Assembly: GCA_034932685.1 (NCBI GenBank)
Contig: JAYFOM010000008.1
Coordinates: 70,826-102,825 of the forward strand
Source of the DNA: Erysipelotrichaceae bacterium
GTDB lineage: Bacteria > Bacillota_I > Bacilli_A > Erysipelotrichales > Erysipelotrichaceae
Direction of reading: 5' to 3'
Length of the DNA stretch: 32,000 nt
The notes beneath the pieces were generated by a model that saw only the letters and a program-made list of their open reading frames with translations, had not been told where the DNA came from and searched no databases. Both the position numbers and the translations under genes were made by a program. Within the stretch, counting starts at the first letter, position 1; each line of letters starts with the position of its first letter. Below are positions 9,154 to 16,609 of the stretch, in pieces.

Positions 9154-9664
9154 CTCTGTCTTTTAATACTGTTACTAAATCGTCCTGATAACGCATGAAG
9201 CGTCTAATAACCGGTTCAGCAAATTGTTTGGTCTTGATCATGTCATTAAGCTCTTGGTAAGTGATCCACTTATAATCAATGGTCTCACCTTTCTGTAAGA
9301 CAATATTATGAATCTTGCGATCAACTATGATCAAAAATGTATCTTCAAAAGCTGTTCTGCCTTTTTCTTCTTTGATAATGATCAAGTCCTTCTTTTCAAC
9401 CTTGATACCGGTTTCTTCATATAATTCTCTGATCGCGCCTATTTCGCGATCTTCACCAGCTAATACAGAGCCACCCGTATTTTCCCAATACCCACCCCAA
9501 GGTTTTTGTAAACTTCTTTTTGTGATCAAGAATAAACCATCGGCGCTAACAGTCCAAATAAAAACGGTTTGATGATAAACGTTTTTAGGAAGACTTTTCC
9601 CCCGACGATGTTTGATTGCCAAGGGTTGGCGATTTTCATCTAGTAAATCCCATAATTCTACCAT
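9137..9664 (-). CDS. NUDIX hydrolase
   Basis: 175 aa with a NUDIX box, GGSVLAGEDREIGAIRELYEETGI (GX5EX7REUXEEXGU). SD GGAGG lies 6 nt upstream of the ATG. Confidence 0.85.
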   Translation of the reverse strand: MVELWDLLDENRQPLAIKHRRGKSLPKNVYHQTVFIWTVSADGLFLITKRSLQKPWGGYWENTGGSVLAGEDREIGAIRELYEETGIKVEKKDLIIIKEEKGRTAFEDTFLIIVDRKIHNIVLQKGETIDYKWITYQELNDMIKTKQFAEPVIRRFMRYQDDLVTVLKDRGVFGG

Positions 9665-9686
9665 CGTCTACCTCCAAATATATATA

Positions 9687-9716
9687 ATTATACTACTTAA
9701 AGTTGTAAATCGTCAC
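9687..9716 (-). promoter_or_regulatory. Candidate promoter of the NUDIX-GrpB pair
   Basis: Minus strand: TATAAT at 9692..9687. The -35-like GTGACG at 9716..9711 (18-nt spacer) lies inside the 9705-9723 palindrome. Confidence 0.4.
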
Positions 9717-9747
9717 GATTTACTTTTGTTTTATCACTAGGGTTTGA

Positions 9748-9776
9748 TTGTTTATCATGGGTTTTTTTGTTATAAT
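9748..9776 (+). promoter_or_regulatory. Candidate extended -10 promoter of metG-gltX operon
   Basis: TTGTTT (9748-9753), a 17-nt spacer ending in TGt, then TATAAT (9771-9776). It lies about 25 nt upstream of the metG ATG. Confidence 0.5.
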
Positions 9777-9800
9777 TTTGACGATTACGGAGGTATTTAT

Positions 9801-11798
9801 ATGACTGATGATCATAGTAATGTCAAAAGGCCGCATTTTCCTAAAAGAGCAGTAATCACTGCCGGAATGCCTTATGGTAACAAAGCTTTACATTTTGGGC
9901 ATATTGGCGGTGTTTTTGTACATGCTGATGTTTATGCTCGTTTCTTAAGGGATAGAATCGGTCAAGATAATGTCATATTTGTCTCTGGTACTGATTGTTA
10001 TGGATCTCCAATCGCTGAAGGCTATCGGGTCTTAGTTGAAAGTGGCGCTTTTAAAGGAACAATTGAAGATTATGTTTTAAGCAATCACCTCAAACAAAAA
10101 GAAACCCTAAACAATTATGGTATTAAGCTTAATCTATATAGTGCTTCTGGTTTATATGATGCCAAGGATATTCATCAAGAAGTTACTAATAAATTTATAA
10201 GTAGACTTTATGAGAATGGCTGGCTTGATAAAATGACCACCTCACAATTTTATGATGTTAAAGCCAATTGCTTTTTAAATGGTCGTCAAGTCGTCGGAAA
10301 ATGTCCAATCGAAGGCTGTTCTTCTGAGAAGGGATACGCTGATGAATGTGATCTAGGACACCAATATATGCCTGAAGATCTTATCGATCCTAAAAGTACC
10401 TTAAGTAATGACACCCCTGAAATGCGAAGTGTTGATAACTGGTATTTTCGTTTGACTGCTTTTAATGAGCTTTTAAATGACTATGTCGATATGATTGCTG
10501 ATAAAGATAATATCCGTGCTATCGTTCCGATCACAATGCGTGAATCATTGGCAAAGCCTATCATATATGTAAGAAAAGAAGGATTAAATAAATTCAAAGA
10601 ATTAGCGTCATCATTACCAAAACATAGCGCTGATCTTGATAATGTAAAAAATTCTTTCACCGTAACATTTGATACTCTTAATGATCGTGAAACAGCTTGT
10701 ACTATTTTAACCTCTAACCAAATTCGTTATCGTACTGGTAAGACTTTAGTTCCTTTACGTTTAACTGGAAACATTAGTTGGGGAGTTAAAGCACCTGAAT
10801 TAGAGAATGTTAAAGATCTTACTGTTTGGGTATGGCCTGAATCATTATGGGCTCCTATTTCGTTTACCATTGCTTATCTTAAACAATGTGGACTAAGCGC
10901 TTCGGCATGGCGCGATTGGTGGTGTAGTGAAGATAGTCAGGTTTATCAATTCATTGGCCAAGATAATATCTATTTCTATGGTGTAGCCCAGATGGCGATG
11001 TTTATGGCAACTCAAGGAAAAGCCAACCTTTCAATCAAACCAACCAATGATCAATTAACTTTAACTAACTTAGTCGCCAATCATCATATTTTATTCTTAG
11101 ATAAAAAAGCTAGTAGCAGTGGCACCGTTAAACCACCGATGGCAGAAGATCTTTTATCATATTATACCGCTGAACAACTAAGGGCTCATTTTTTAGGTTT
11201 AGCTTTAGCACAAAAGAGTGTCAGTTTTCAACCTAAGCCTCTTAATCCTTTCGCTAATGAAAACGAACAAGATCCCGTTTTAAAAGAAGGTAATCTTTTT
11301 ACCAATGTGTTAAATCGCTTAGTTCGTTCATGTTTTTATACCAGTCAGAAGTACTATGATGGATATTTACCTTTTGGTAAGGTAGAAAAAGATGTAGTAG
11401 ATGAAGCTAATTCCACAATCTTAGCTTATGAATTAGCGATGTACAAAACAGAACTGCATAATGTCATGAACATCCTTGATACCTACATTCGTCAAGCCAA
11501 CAAATATTGGGTAAGAAATATCACGGAAGCTGATAAACAAGATAATGATATTTTGCGCCAACAAACACTGATAAACGCCTTCCATATGGTTAGGGTTGCT
11601 TGTCTTTTATCACATCCTATTGCATTTGAAGGAACTGAGCTCGTCTATGATTATCTTAATATCAATGCCAACTTCTGGAGTTGGGATCACGCTTTTGAAG
11701 ATATCTATTACTTCTTAGATAATCCAGCGTCTCACAAACTTAAATTTTTAGAACCTAAAATTGACTTCTTCCAAAAACATCCTAGTCAATTCCAATAA
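9801..11798 (+). CDS. metG: Methionyl-tRNA synthetase (atypical: KASSS in place of KMSKS, CP-domain insertion, no C-terminal EMAP/Trbp111-like domain)
   Basis: Start moved to ATG 9801 (MTDDHS...) after SD ACGGAGGT. HIGH-type motif PYGNKALHFGHIGG. MetRS zinc-knuckle region GKCPIEGCSSEKGYADECDLGHQYMPEDLIDPKS. The block WVWPESLWAPISF corresponds to E. coli YVWLDAPIGY. Confidence 0.85.
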   Translation: MTDDHSNVKRPHFPKRAVITAGMPYGNKALHFGHIGGVFVHADVYARFLRDRIGQDNVIFVSGTDCYGSPIAEGYRVLVESGAFKGTIEDYVLSNHLKQKETLNNYGIKLNLYSASGLYDAKDIHQEVTNKFISRLYENGWLDKMTTSQFYDVKANCFLNGRQVVGKCPIEGCSSEKGYADECDLGHQYMPEDLIDPKSTLSNDTPEMRSVDNWYFRLTAFNELLNDYVDMIADKDNIRAIVPITMRESLAKPIIYVRKEGLNKFKELASSLPKHSADLDNVKNSFTVTFDTLNDRETACTILTSNQIRYRTGKTLVPLRLTGNISWGVKAPELENVKDLTVWVWPESLWAPISFTIAYLKQCGLSASAWRDWWCSEDSQVYQFIGQDNIYFYGVAQMAMFMATQGKANLSIKPTNDQLTLTNLVANHHILFLDKKASSSGTVKPPMAEDLLSYYTAEQLRAHFLGLALAQKSVSFQPKPLNPFANENEQDPVLKEGNLFTNVLNRLVRSCFYTSQKYYDGYLPFGKVEKDVVDEANSTILAYELAMYKTELHNVMNILDTYIRQANKYWVRNITEADKQDNDILRQQTLINAFHMVRVACLLSHPIAFEGTELVYDYLNINANFWSWDHAFEDIYYFLDNPASHKLKFLEPKIDFFQKHPSQFQ

Positions 11799-11812
11799 AG
11801 CGAGGTACCCTT

Positions 11813-13474
11813 ATGAACAATCAACTTTTAGCTGATTTACTATATCCTAATATCACAAAGACTCCTGCTGACTATGAAAATATATATCCTAAAAGAGCAC
11901 TGGATGATAATGCCGAAGTTATGCGTATTGCTCCAAGCCCTACTGGATTTATTCATCTAGGAAATCTTTATGGTGCTTTGGCTGATGAAAGGATTGCGCA
12001 TCAAAGCAATGGTGTTTTCTTTTTAAGAATAGAAGATACCGATAATAAACGTTTAGTCAAAGGCGCAGTTGAAACCATCATCTCAACCTTCGATTATTTT
12101 AAGATTGAATTTGATGAAGGAGCTGAAGTAAAAAACAACAATGGTAATCATTATGGACCATATTACCAAAGACAAAGAACCGACATCTATCAAGCTTACG
12201 CCAAGGATTTAGTTAGAAAAGGATTAGCTTATCCGTGCTTTTGTGATGAAGAACATCTTAAACAACAACGCACTAAACAACAAGAGTTAAAAATAACCAC
12301 CGGTTACTATGGTCCTTGGGCAGTATGTCGAAATTTAGATTTTGAGTTGATCAAGGCCAATATCGAAGCTAATAAATCTTTTGTTATTCGTTTAAGATCA
12401 AATGGTGACCCTAAGATCAAACACAGCTTTCATGATGAGATCAAAGGTGATATCACTGTTATCGAAAACGATCAAGATGTTATCTTGCTTAAAGCAGATG
12501 GTATTCCAACCTATCACTTTGCGCACGCTGTTGATGATCATTTGATGCATACTACTATTGTCTTGCGTGGTGAAGAATGGCTTGGCACCTTACCTATCCA
12601 TCTTGAACTATTTAAAGCACTAAATCATCCACTACCAAAGTTTGCTCATACCTCACAGTTAATGAAAATGGACAATGGTATCAAACGTAAATTATCTAAG
12701 CGTAAAGATCCTGAATTATCTTTAGATTATTATCGACAGTTAGGATATCATCCTGATGCCGTAAAAATCTACTTAATGACACTATTAAACTGGAATTTTG
12801 AAGAATGGTTCCTGAAAAATCCTGACGCCGATATCACAGCGTTTAAGTTTTCTGTTAATAAGATGGGACAATCAGGGGCACTGTTTGATCTTGATAAGCT
12901 TAACAACATCAGTAAGACCTTTTTATCTAAAAAAGAACCTGAAGAGATCATGATGTATTTAAAGAACTTTGTTCAGGAAAACGATGCTAGTAAAATGGAT
13001 ATCTACTTCAAAGACGAAGCTTACTTATTACAAATATTAAATTTAGGAATGGGTACTAATCTAAAGAAAAGACGTAAAGACTATATTTACGCTTCACAGA
13101 TCTTAGCTAGTATCGCTTACTATTTTGATGATGTTTATCAACCTAGTTATGACTTTATCTTTGACAAGAGCTTGTGCATAAAGATAATTGAAGCCTTTAT
13201 AGCTAATTACGATCATCGTGATGATAATGCTCAATGGTTTGATAAACTTAAGGCAATCGCAACGCAGTTCAATATCGCTGCTGAAATGAATGATTATAAA
13301 AATAACCCAGATGCTTATATTGGTAATATCAGTGAGTTGGCTGAAGTTCTTAGAGTAGCTACAACAGGTTATAAGAATACTCCGGACTTATGGTCAATCA
13401 TGCAGATAATGCAAGAGAAAAGAGTTCTTACTCGCTTGCATCAAGCTCTTGATACCTTAAATGGTAAGATGTAA
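11813..13474 (+). CDS. gltX: Glutamyl-tRNA synthetase (long form, 553 aa)
   Basis: RIAPSPTGFIHLGNLYGAL (HIGH), RIEDTDNKR, YPCFCDEEHL, and KLSKRK (KMSKS-type). SD GAGGT lies upstream. Confidence 0.9.
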   Translation: MNNQLLADLLYPNITKTPADYENIYPKRALDDNAEVMRIAPSPTGFIHLGNLYGALADERIAHQSNGVFFLRIEDTDNKRLVKGAVETIISTFDYFKIEFDEGAEVKNNNGNHYGPYYQRQRTDIYQAYAKDLVRKGLAYPCFCDEEHLKQQRTKQQELKITTGYYGPWAVCRNLDFELIKANIEANKSFVIRLRSNGDPKIKHSFHDEIKGDITVIENDQDVILLKADGIPTYHFAHAVDDHLMHTTIVLRGEEWLGTLPIHLELFKALNHPLPKFAHTSQLMKMDNGIKRKLSKRKDPELSLDYYRQLGYHPDAVKIYLMTLLNWNFEEWFLKNPDADITAFKFSVNKMGQSGALFDLDKLNNISKTFLSKKEPEEIMMYLKNFVQENDASKMDIYFKDEAYLLQILNLGMGTNLKKRRKDYIYASQILASIAYYFDDVYQPSYDFIFDKSLCIKIIEAFIANYDHRDDNAQWFDKLKAIATQFNIAAEMNDYKNNPDAYIGNISELAEVLRVATTGYKNTPDLWSIMQIMQEKRVLTRLHQALDTLNGKM

Positions 13475-14496
13475 TGCGTTATCCTAACTTTCTAAAACCA
13501 AATGCCACCATCGGGCTTGTTGCCCCATCTTTTGGCATTAGTGGTGAACCCTATACAACAAAATTCACAAATGGTAAAAAAAAGTTTGTTGAACTATGCT
13601 ACACTTTTAAAGAAGCTAGTAGTATCTATACATTACAAAAAGCTCGTAGCGCAAGCGCAAAACAGCGCGCTGACGAGTTTATGCATATGTATCTTGATGA
13701 TAGTGTTGACTTTATTTTTAGTGTTGCTGGTGGTGAGCTAATGTGTGAAATCTTACCCTATCTAGATTTCAAACTCTTAGCACAAAGTCCACCAAAATTT
13801 TTTATGGGTTATTCAGATAATACTAATCTAACATTTTTACTTACTTTATTATGTGATGTTGCCAGTATTTACGGTCCTCACTTAACTGAGTACGGCATGG
13901 AAAAGTGGGATCTTTCTTTAATTGAAAGCTATGAGATCATAACAGGTAAACGGTTTAGTCAAAACAGCTATGATTTCTATCAGATTGATGATAAGACACA
14001 TGAGGTTGGCAACTATCTTACTTCCTACAATAAAACAGAGCCAATCATATATAAAACCCTTAATGATCAAGATGTTACTATATCAGGACGCTTGATTGGT
14101 GGCTGTCTTGATGTGTTAATGTTTTTTTGTGGTACGCATTATGATAAAGTGGCTGACTTTAAAAAGCGTTATCAACAAGATGGTGTTATTTTCTATCTTG
14201 AAGCCTGTGATCTTAACCCGATAATGATGACCAGAAGTCTCTTACAACTAAAGACAATCGGTTGGTTTGATAACTGTAATGGCATTGTCTTTGGTAGAAG
14301 TTATCGTGACCAAGAAGTTGTATTTGATATCAGCTTTAGTGATGCAATCAGGGATACATTAAGTGATCTAAATATTCCAATCATTATCGATATGGATTTT
14401 GGTCATCTTCCACCCTGTTTCACCATTATCAACGGCAGTTATGCGACTATCAGTATTAAAGAGAAAAAAGGCAATATCACTTATCAATTAAAGTAG
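13474..14496 (+). CDS. Peptidase family S66 serine peptidase (LD-carboxypeptidase LdcA / microcin C7 self-immunity MccF family)
   Basis: 340 aa. Nucleophile block FFMGYSDNTNL, C-terminal MDFGHLPP (catalytic His), and LEACD (Glu region). The ATG overlaps the gltX TAA stop by 1 nt (TAATG). Confidence 0.8.
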   Translation: MRYPNFLKPNATIGLVAPSFGISGEPYTTKFTNGKKKFVELCYTFKEASSIYTLQKARSASAKQRADEFMHMYLDDSVDFIFSVAGGELMCEILPYLDFKLLAQSPPKFFMGYSDNTNLTFLLTLLCDVASIYGPHLTEYGMEKWDLSLIESYEIITGKRFSQNSYDFYQIDDKTHEVGNYLTSYNKTEPIIYKTLNDQDVTISGRLIGGCLDVLMFFCGTHYDKVADFKKRYQQDGVIFYLEACDLNPIMMTRSLLQLKTIGWFDNCNGIVFGRSYRDQEVVFDISFSDAIRDTLSDLNIPIIIDMDFGHLPPCFTIINGSYATISIKEKKGNITYQLK

Positions 14497-14517
14497 ATAC
14501 TGTATTAAGGAGCTAAT

Positions 14518-14775
14518 ATGGAAGATATATTATATCGCTATGACATCCAGCTATTAATCGAAGGAATCAATCTAAATGAAGATGATATCATTGCATATTT
14601 TGAAACTAATTTTGAAGGTGATTGTTTATTAGCGGTTGGTGATGATACATTGATTAAGCTTCATTATCACACCAACACACCCTGGCTTGTACTACAGTAT
14701 TGTAGTTCTCTTGGTGAAATCTTTGATATTGTCATAGAAGACATGATAAGACAAGCTAACGGGTTAAAGGGTTAA
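14518..14775 (+). CDS. Small stand-alone protein resembling the domain that follows DAK2 in YloV/FakA-type proteins (often annotated 'kinase to dihydroxyacetone kinase')
   Basis: 85 aa. GDCLLAVGDDTLIKLHYHTNTPWLVLQYCSSLGEIFDIVIEDMIRQ resembles, from memory, the GDSLLVVGD..VKVHVHTN.PG.VL......G.L..I.I.NM..Q block of YloV/FakA. It has its own SD (AAGGAG, 7 nt from the ATG) and is followed by a terminator. Confidence 0.5.
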   Translation: MEDILYRYDIQLLIEGINLNEDDIIAYFETNFEGDCLLAVGDDTLIKLHYHTNTPWLVLQYCSSLGEIFDIVIEDMIRQANGLKG

Positions 14776-14780
14776 TTTGA

Positions 14781-14806
14781 AAAGGAAGCGATGCTTCCTT
14801 TTATTT
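14781..14806. terminator. Bidirectional rho-independent terminator between convergent genes
   Basis: AAAGGAAGC-GAT-GCTTCCTTT (9-bp stem) followed by TATTTC on +, with an A-run upstream that serves the minus strand. It overlaps the stop of the 14801 lipoprotein gene. Confidence 0.7.
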
Positions 14807-15211
14807 CATATAAAGCCCTACTAAAGCTAACTGCTCATCGTAGGATAAAGTAAAGATAAGTACCGACTTTTCATATTTAACTTGAATTACAACGGTCGCA
14901 TACTCTGCTTGTGTTTTTGGATCAACTTGACTTGTAAGAGCGGTATTTTGAAAAGACACAAAGTTACCCGCCGCATAAAGTTGTTCATCCCAAGCTTGTT
15001 CTAATTGTTCAGCAGTAATCTGTGATCTTATTGATTCTTCAAGTAGATTGATCACTGAAGCATAATCTCTGGTATTGATGATGGCAACTGTTTTCTTTGC
15101 TTGTGTCAATAATGCCTCTTCATCGAATTTGTCAGACAATTTATTCTTGGTACAGGCTACTAAACTAACCATAACCAACAGTATTAATAGTACTTTAGCG
15201 AACTTCTTCAT
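14801..15211 (-). CDS. Lipoprotein, DUF3887-like
   Basis: Start moved to ATG 15211 after SD AAGGAGG (MKKFAKVLLILLVMVSLVAC, lipobox LVAC). The mature part (ITAEQLEQAWDEQLYAAGNFVSF...) resembles DUF3887 as I recall it. Confidence 0.65.
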   Translation of the reverse strand: MKKFAKVLLILLVMVSLVACTKNKLSDKFDEEALLTQAKKTVAIINTRDYASVINLLEESIRSQITAEQLEQAWDEQLYAAGNFVSFQNTALTSQVDPKTQAEYATVVIQVKYEKSVLIFTLSYDEQLALVGLYMK

Positions 15212-15213
15212 GT

Positions 15214-15900
15214 TCACACCTCCTTATGCTTAAACAAATTATAAACATAGTAAGCTGAAGCAACCGCCACTAAAAACAAGACCACCTCAAGAATAACAAA
15301 ATTAATTCCTGCCATTTGCGCTAATACCACACCACTATCCAACAAGAAATGACTGATGATAGCGATAAACAAAAAACTTGGTTTAGCTTTGATGATACTG
15401 TTCATCACCAATACACTCCAACATACATGTAAGATCATAGCGCTTAAACGCTCAACTCCTGCCAAAAGCATCATCTGTGGATTACCACTGATACCTTTAT
15501 AACTGATCAATATCATTAAAGCATTTATCCCAACAAATAATATTGCCTCAATCCCACCATGTCCTAATCCGAAAAATATCGCATTATCTAAAGTCTTTTT
15601 ACGCAATATGTACCTCATGACTACATAACGTCCTAATTCTTCAAACAAGGCTGCGCTTAATCCTAAAAACAGCGCATATAGTAACGGTTGAGTATACATC
15701 ATCGTGAAATACCAGTCAATCGTTGGTAAATACATTTCGATTAGGGGAATACGCGTAAACAATTGAAAAAACGCAAAACATATTATTCCCAATAAAAATG
15801 ATATTAAATAGTTCCTTTTTACCAATATCAAGTAAAGTAAAATCGCTATCGGTAAAACAAAACTAATGATCAACGTTAAAACTGATACGATCATATCCAT
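15214..15900 (-). CDS. YhfC-type intramembrane metalloprotease (CPBP/Abi superfamily)
   Basis: Polytopic membrane protein with FEELGRY (EExxxR), FGLGHGGIEA and a distal His (ISHFLLD). Start moved to ATG 15900 after SD AAGGGGA. The TGA stop lies 2 nt before the lipoprotein ATG. Confidence 0.7.
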   Translation of the reverse strand: MDMIVSVLTLIISFVLPIAILLYLILVKRNYLISFLLGIICFAFFQLFTRIPLIEMYLPTIDWYFTMMYTQPLLYALFLGLSAALFEELGRYVVMRYILRKKTLDNAIFFGLGHGGIEAILFVGINALMILISYKGISGNPQMMLLAGVERLSAMILHVCWSVLVMNSIIKAKPSFLFIAIISHFLLDSGVVLAQMAGINFVILEVVLFLVAVASAYYVYNLFKHKEV

Positions 15901-15989
15901 GATTATTCCCCTTACACTATTATAATACACTTTATTTGATATTATGGGCAGATAATATCTAAATTTGTTATTATTAGATGGGGGTTTTT

Positions 15990-16586
15990 ATGCGTATTCA
16001 AAAAGAAGTAATAAATGAGATAACGATAAGTAGATCACGTTTTATTTGTTATCTTAATCGCGTCAATAACGAAGATGAAGCTAAAAGCTACATCAAACAT
16101 ATAAAGAAACTTCACCCCAAAGCAACACATCATTGTCAGGCTTTTATAATAACTAACGAACTAGAGCGTAGTAATGATGATGGTGAACCCTCCGGTACCG
16201 CCGGCATCCCTATGCTTGAGGTATTACGACATCAACGAATGAACTATATCTGTGCGGTTGTTGTTCGCTATTTTGGTGGTACGCTACTTGGAAGTGGCGG
16301 CTTGATCAGAGCATATTCTAAAAGTGTTAGTGAAGCTTTATTAAAAGCACAATTATATGAAACAATAATATATCAACGCTATCAGATTAACTTTCACTAT
16401 TCATACATTGATAAGATCGATCATTTACTAAAAACTTACTTGATAGAAAGTAAATCGTACACTATTGATGTTATGTATCAATTTCTATCAACTAACAAAG
16501 ATATCTTGATCAAGCTTAAAGAAATCACAAATGGCAATATAACCATTAATGAACTTGCAGAAGTGAGCATTGAAAAGTTAGTTTAA
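15990..16586 (+). CDS. yigZ: YigZ / IMPACT-family protein (UPF0029)
   Basis: KATHHCQAF...DDGEPSGTAGIPML...VVVRYFGGTLLGSGGLIRAY is the signature of YigZ. Start placed at ATG 15990 after a GGGGG run. Confidence 0.85.
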   Translation: MRIQKEVINEITISRSRFICYLNRVNNEDEAKSYIKHIKKLHPKATHHCQAFIITNELERSNDDGEPSGTAGIPMLEVLRHQRMNYICAVVVRYFGGTLLGSGGLIRAYSKSVSEALLKAQLYETIIYQRYQINFHYSYIDKIDHLLKTYLIESKSYTIDVMYQFLSTNKDILIKLKEITNGNITINELAEVSIEKLV

Positions 16587-16609
16587 AAAATCCCGTTTTA
16601 ACGGGATTT
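16585..16609. terminator. Bidirectional rho-independent terminator (yigZ / orphan ORF)
   Basis: AAAAAA-TCCCGT-TTTA-ACGGGA-TTT. The A-run and T-run flanks mean it reads as a terminator on both strands. Confidence 0.7.

Noticed and set aside
9665-9800. T-box or other riboswitch leader upstream of metG-gltX.
   Set aside because: The whole intergenic region is 136 nt and is shared by two divergent promoters. The metG leader is about 20-25 nt, which is too short for a T-box.
9744-9800. N-terminal extensions in the ORF track: metG 9744, rpsF 8481, glmU 25612, ispE 26512, mnmE 30952, HAD 31610, addB 17578, yigZ 15978, yhfC-like 15930, lipoprotein 15217.
   Set aside because: In each case an internal ATG preceded by a good SD at 5-9 nt matches the canonical family N-terminus. 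The extensions start at non-ATG codons or lack an SD, and for the HAD gene the extension lies upstream of the predicted transcription start.
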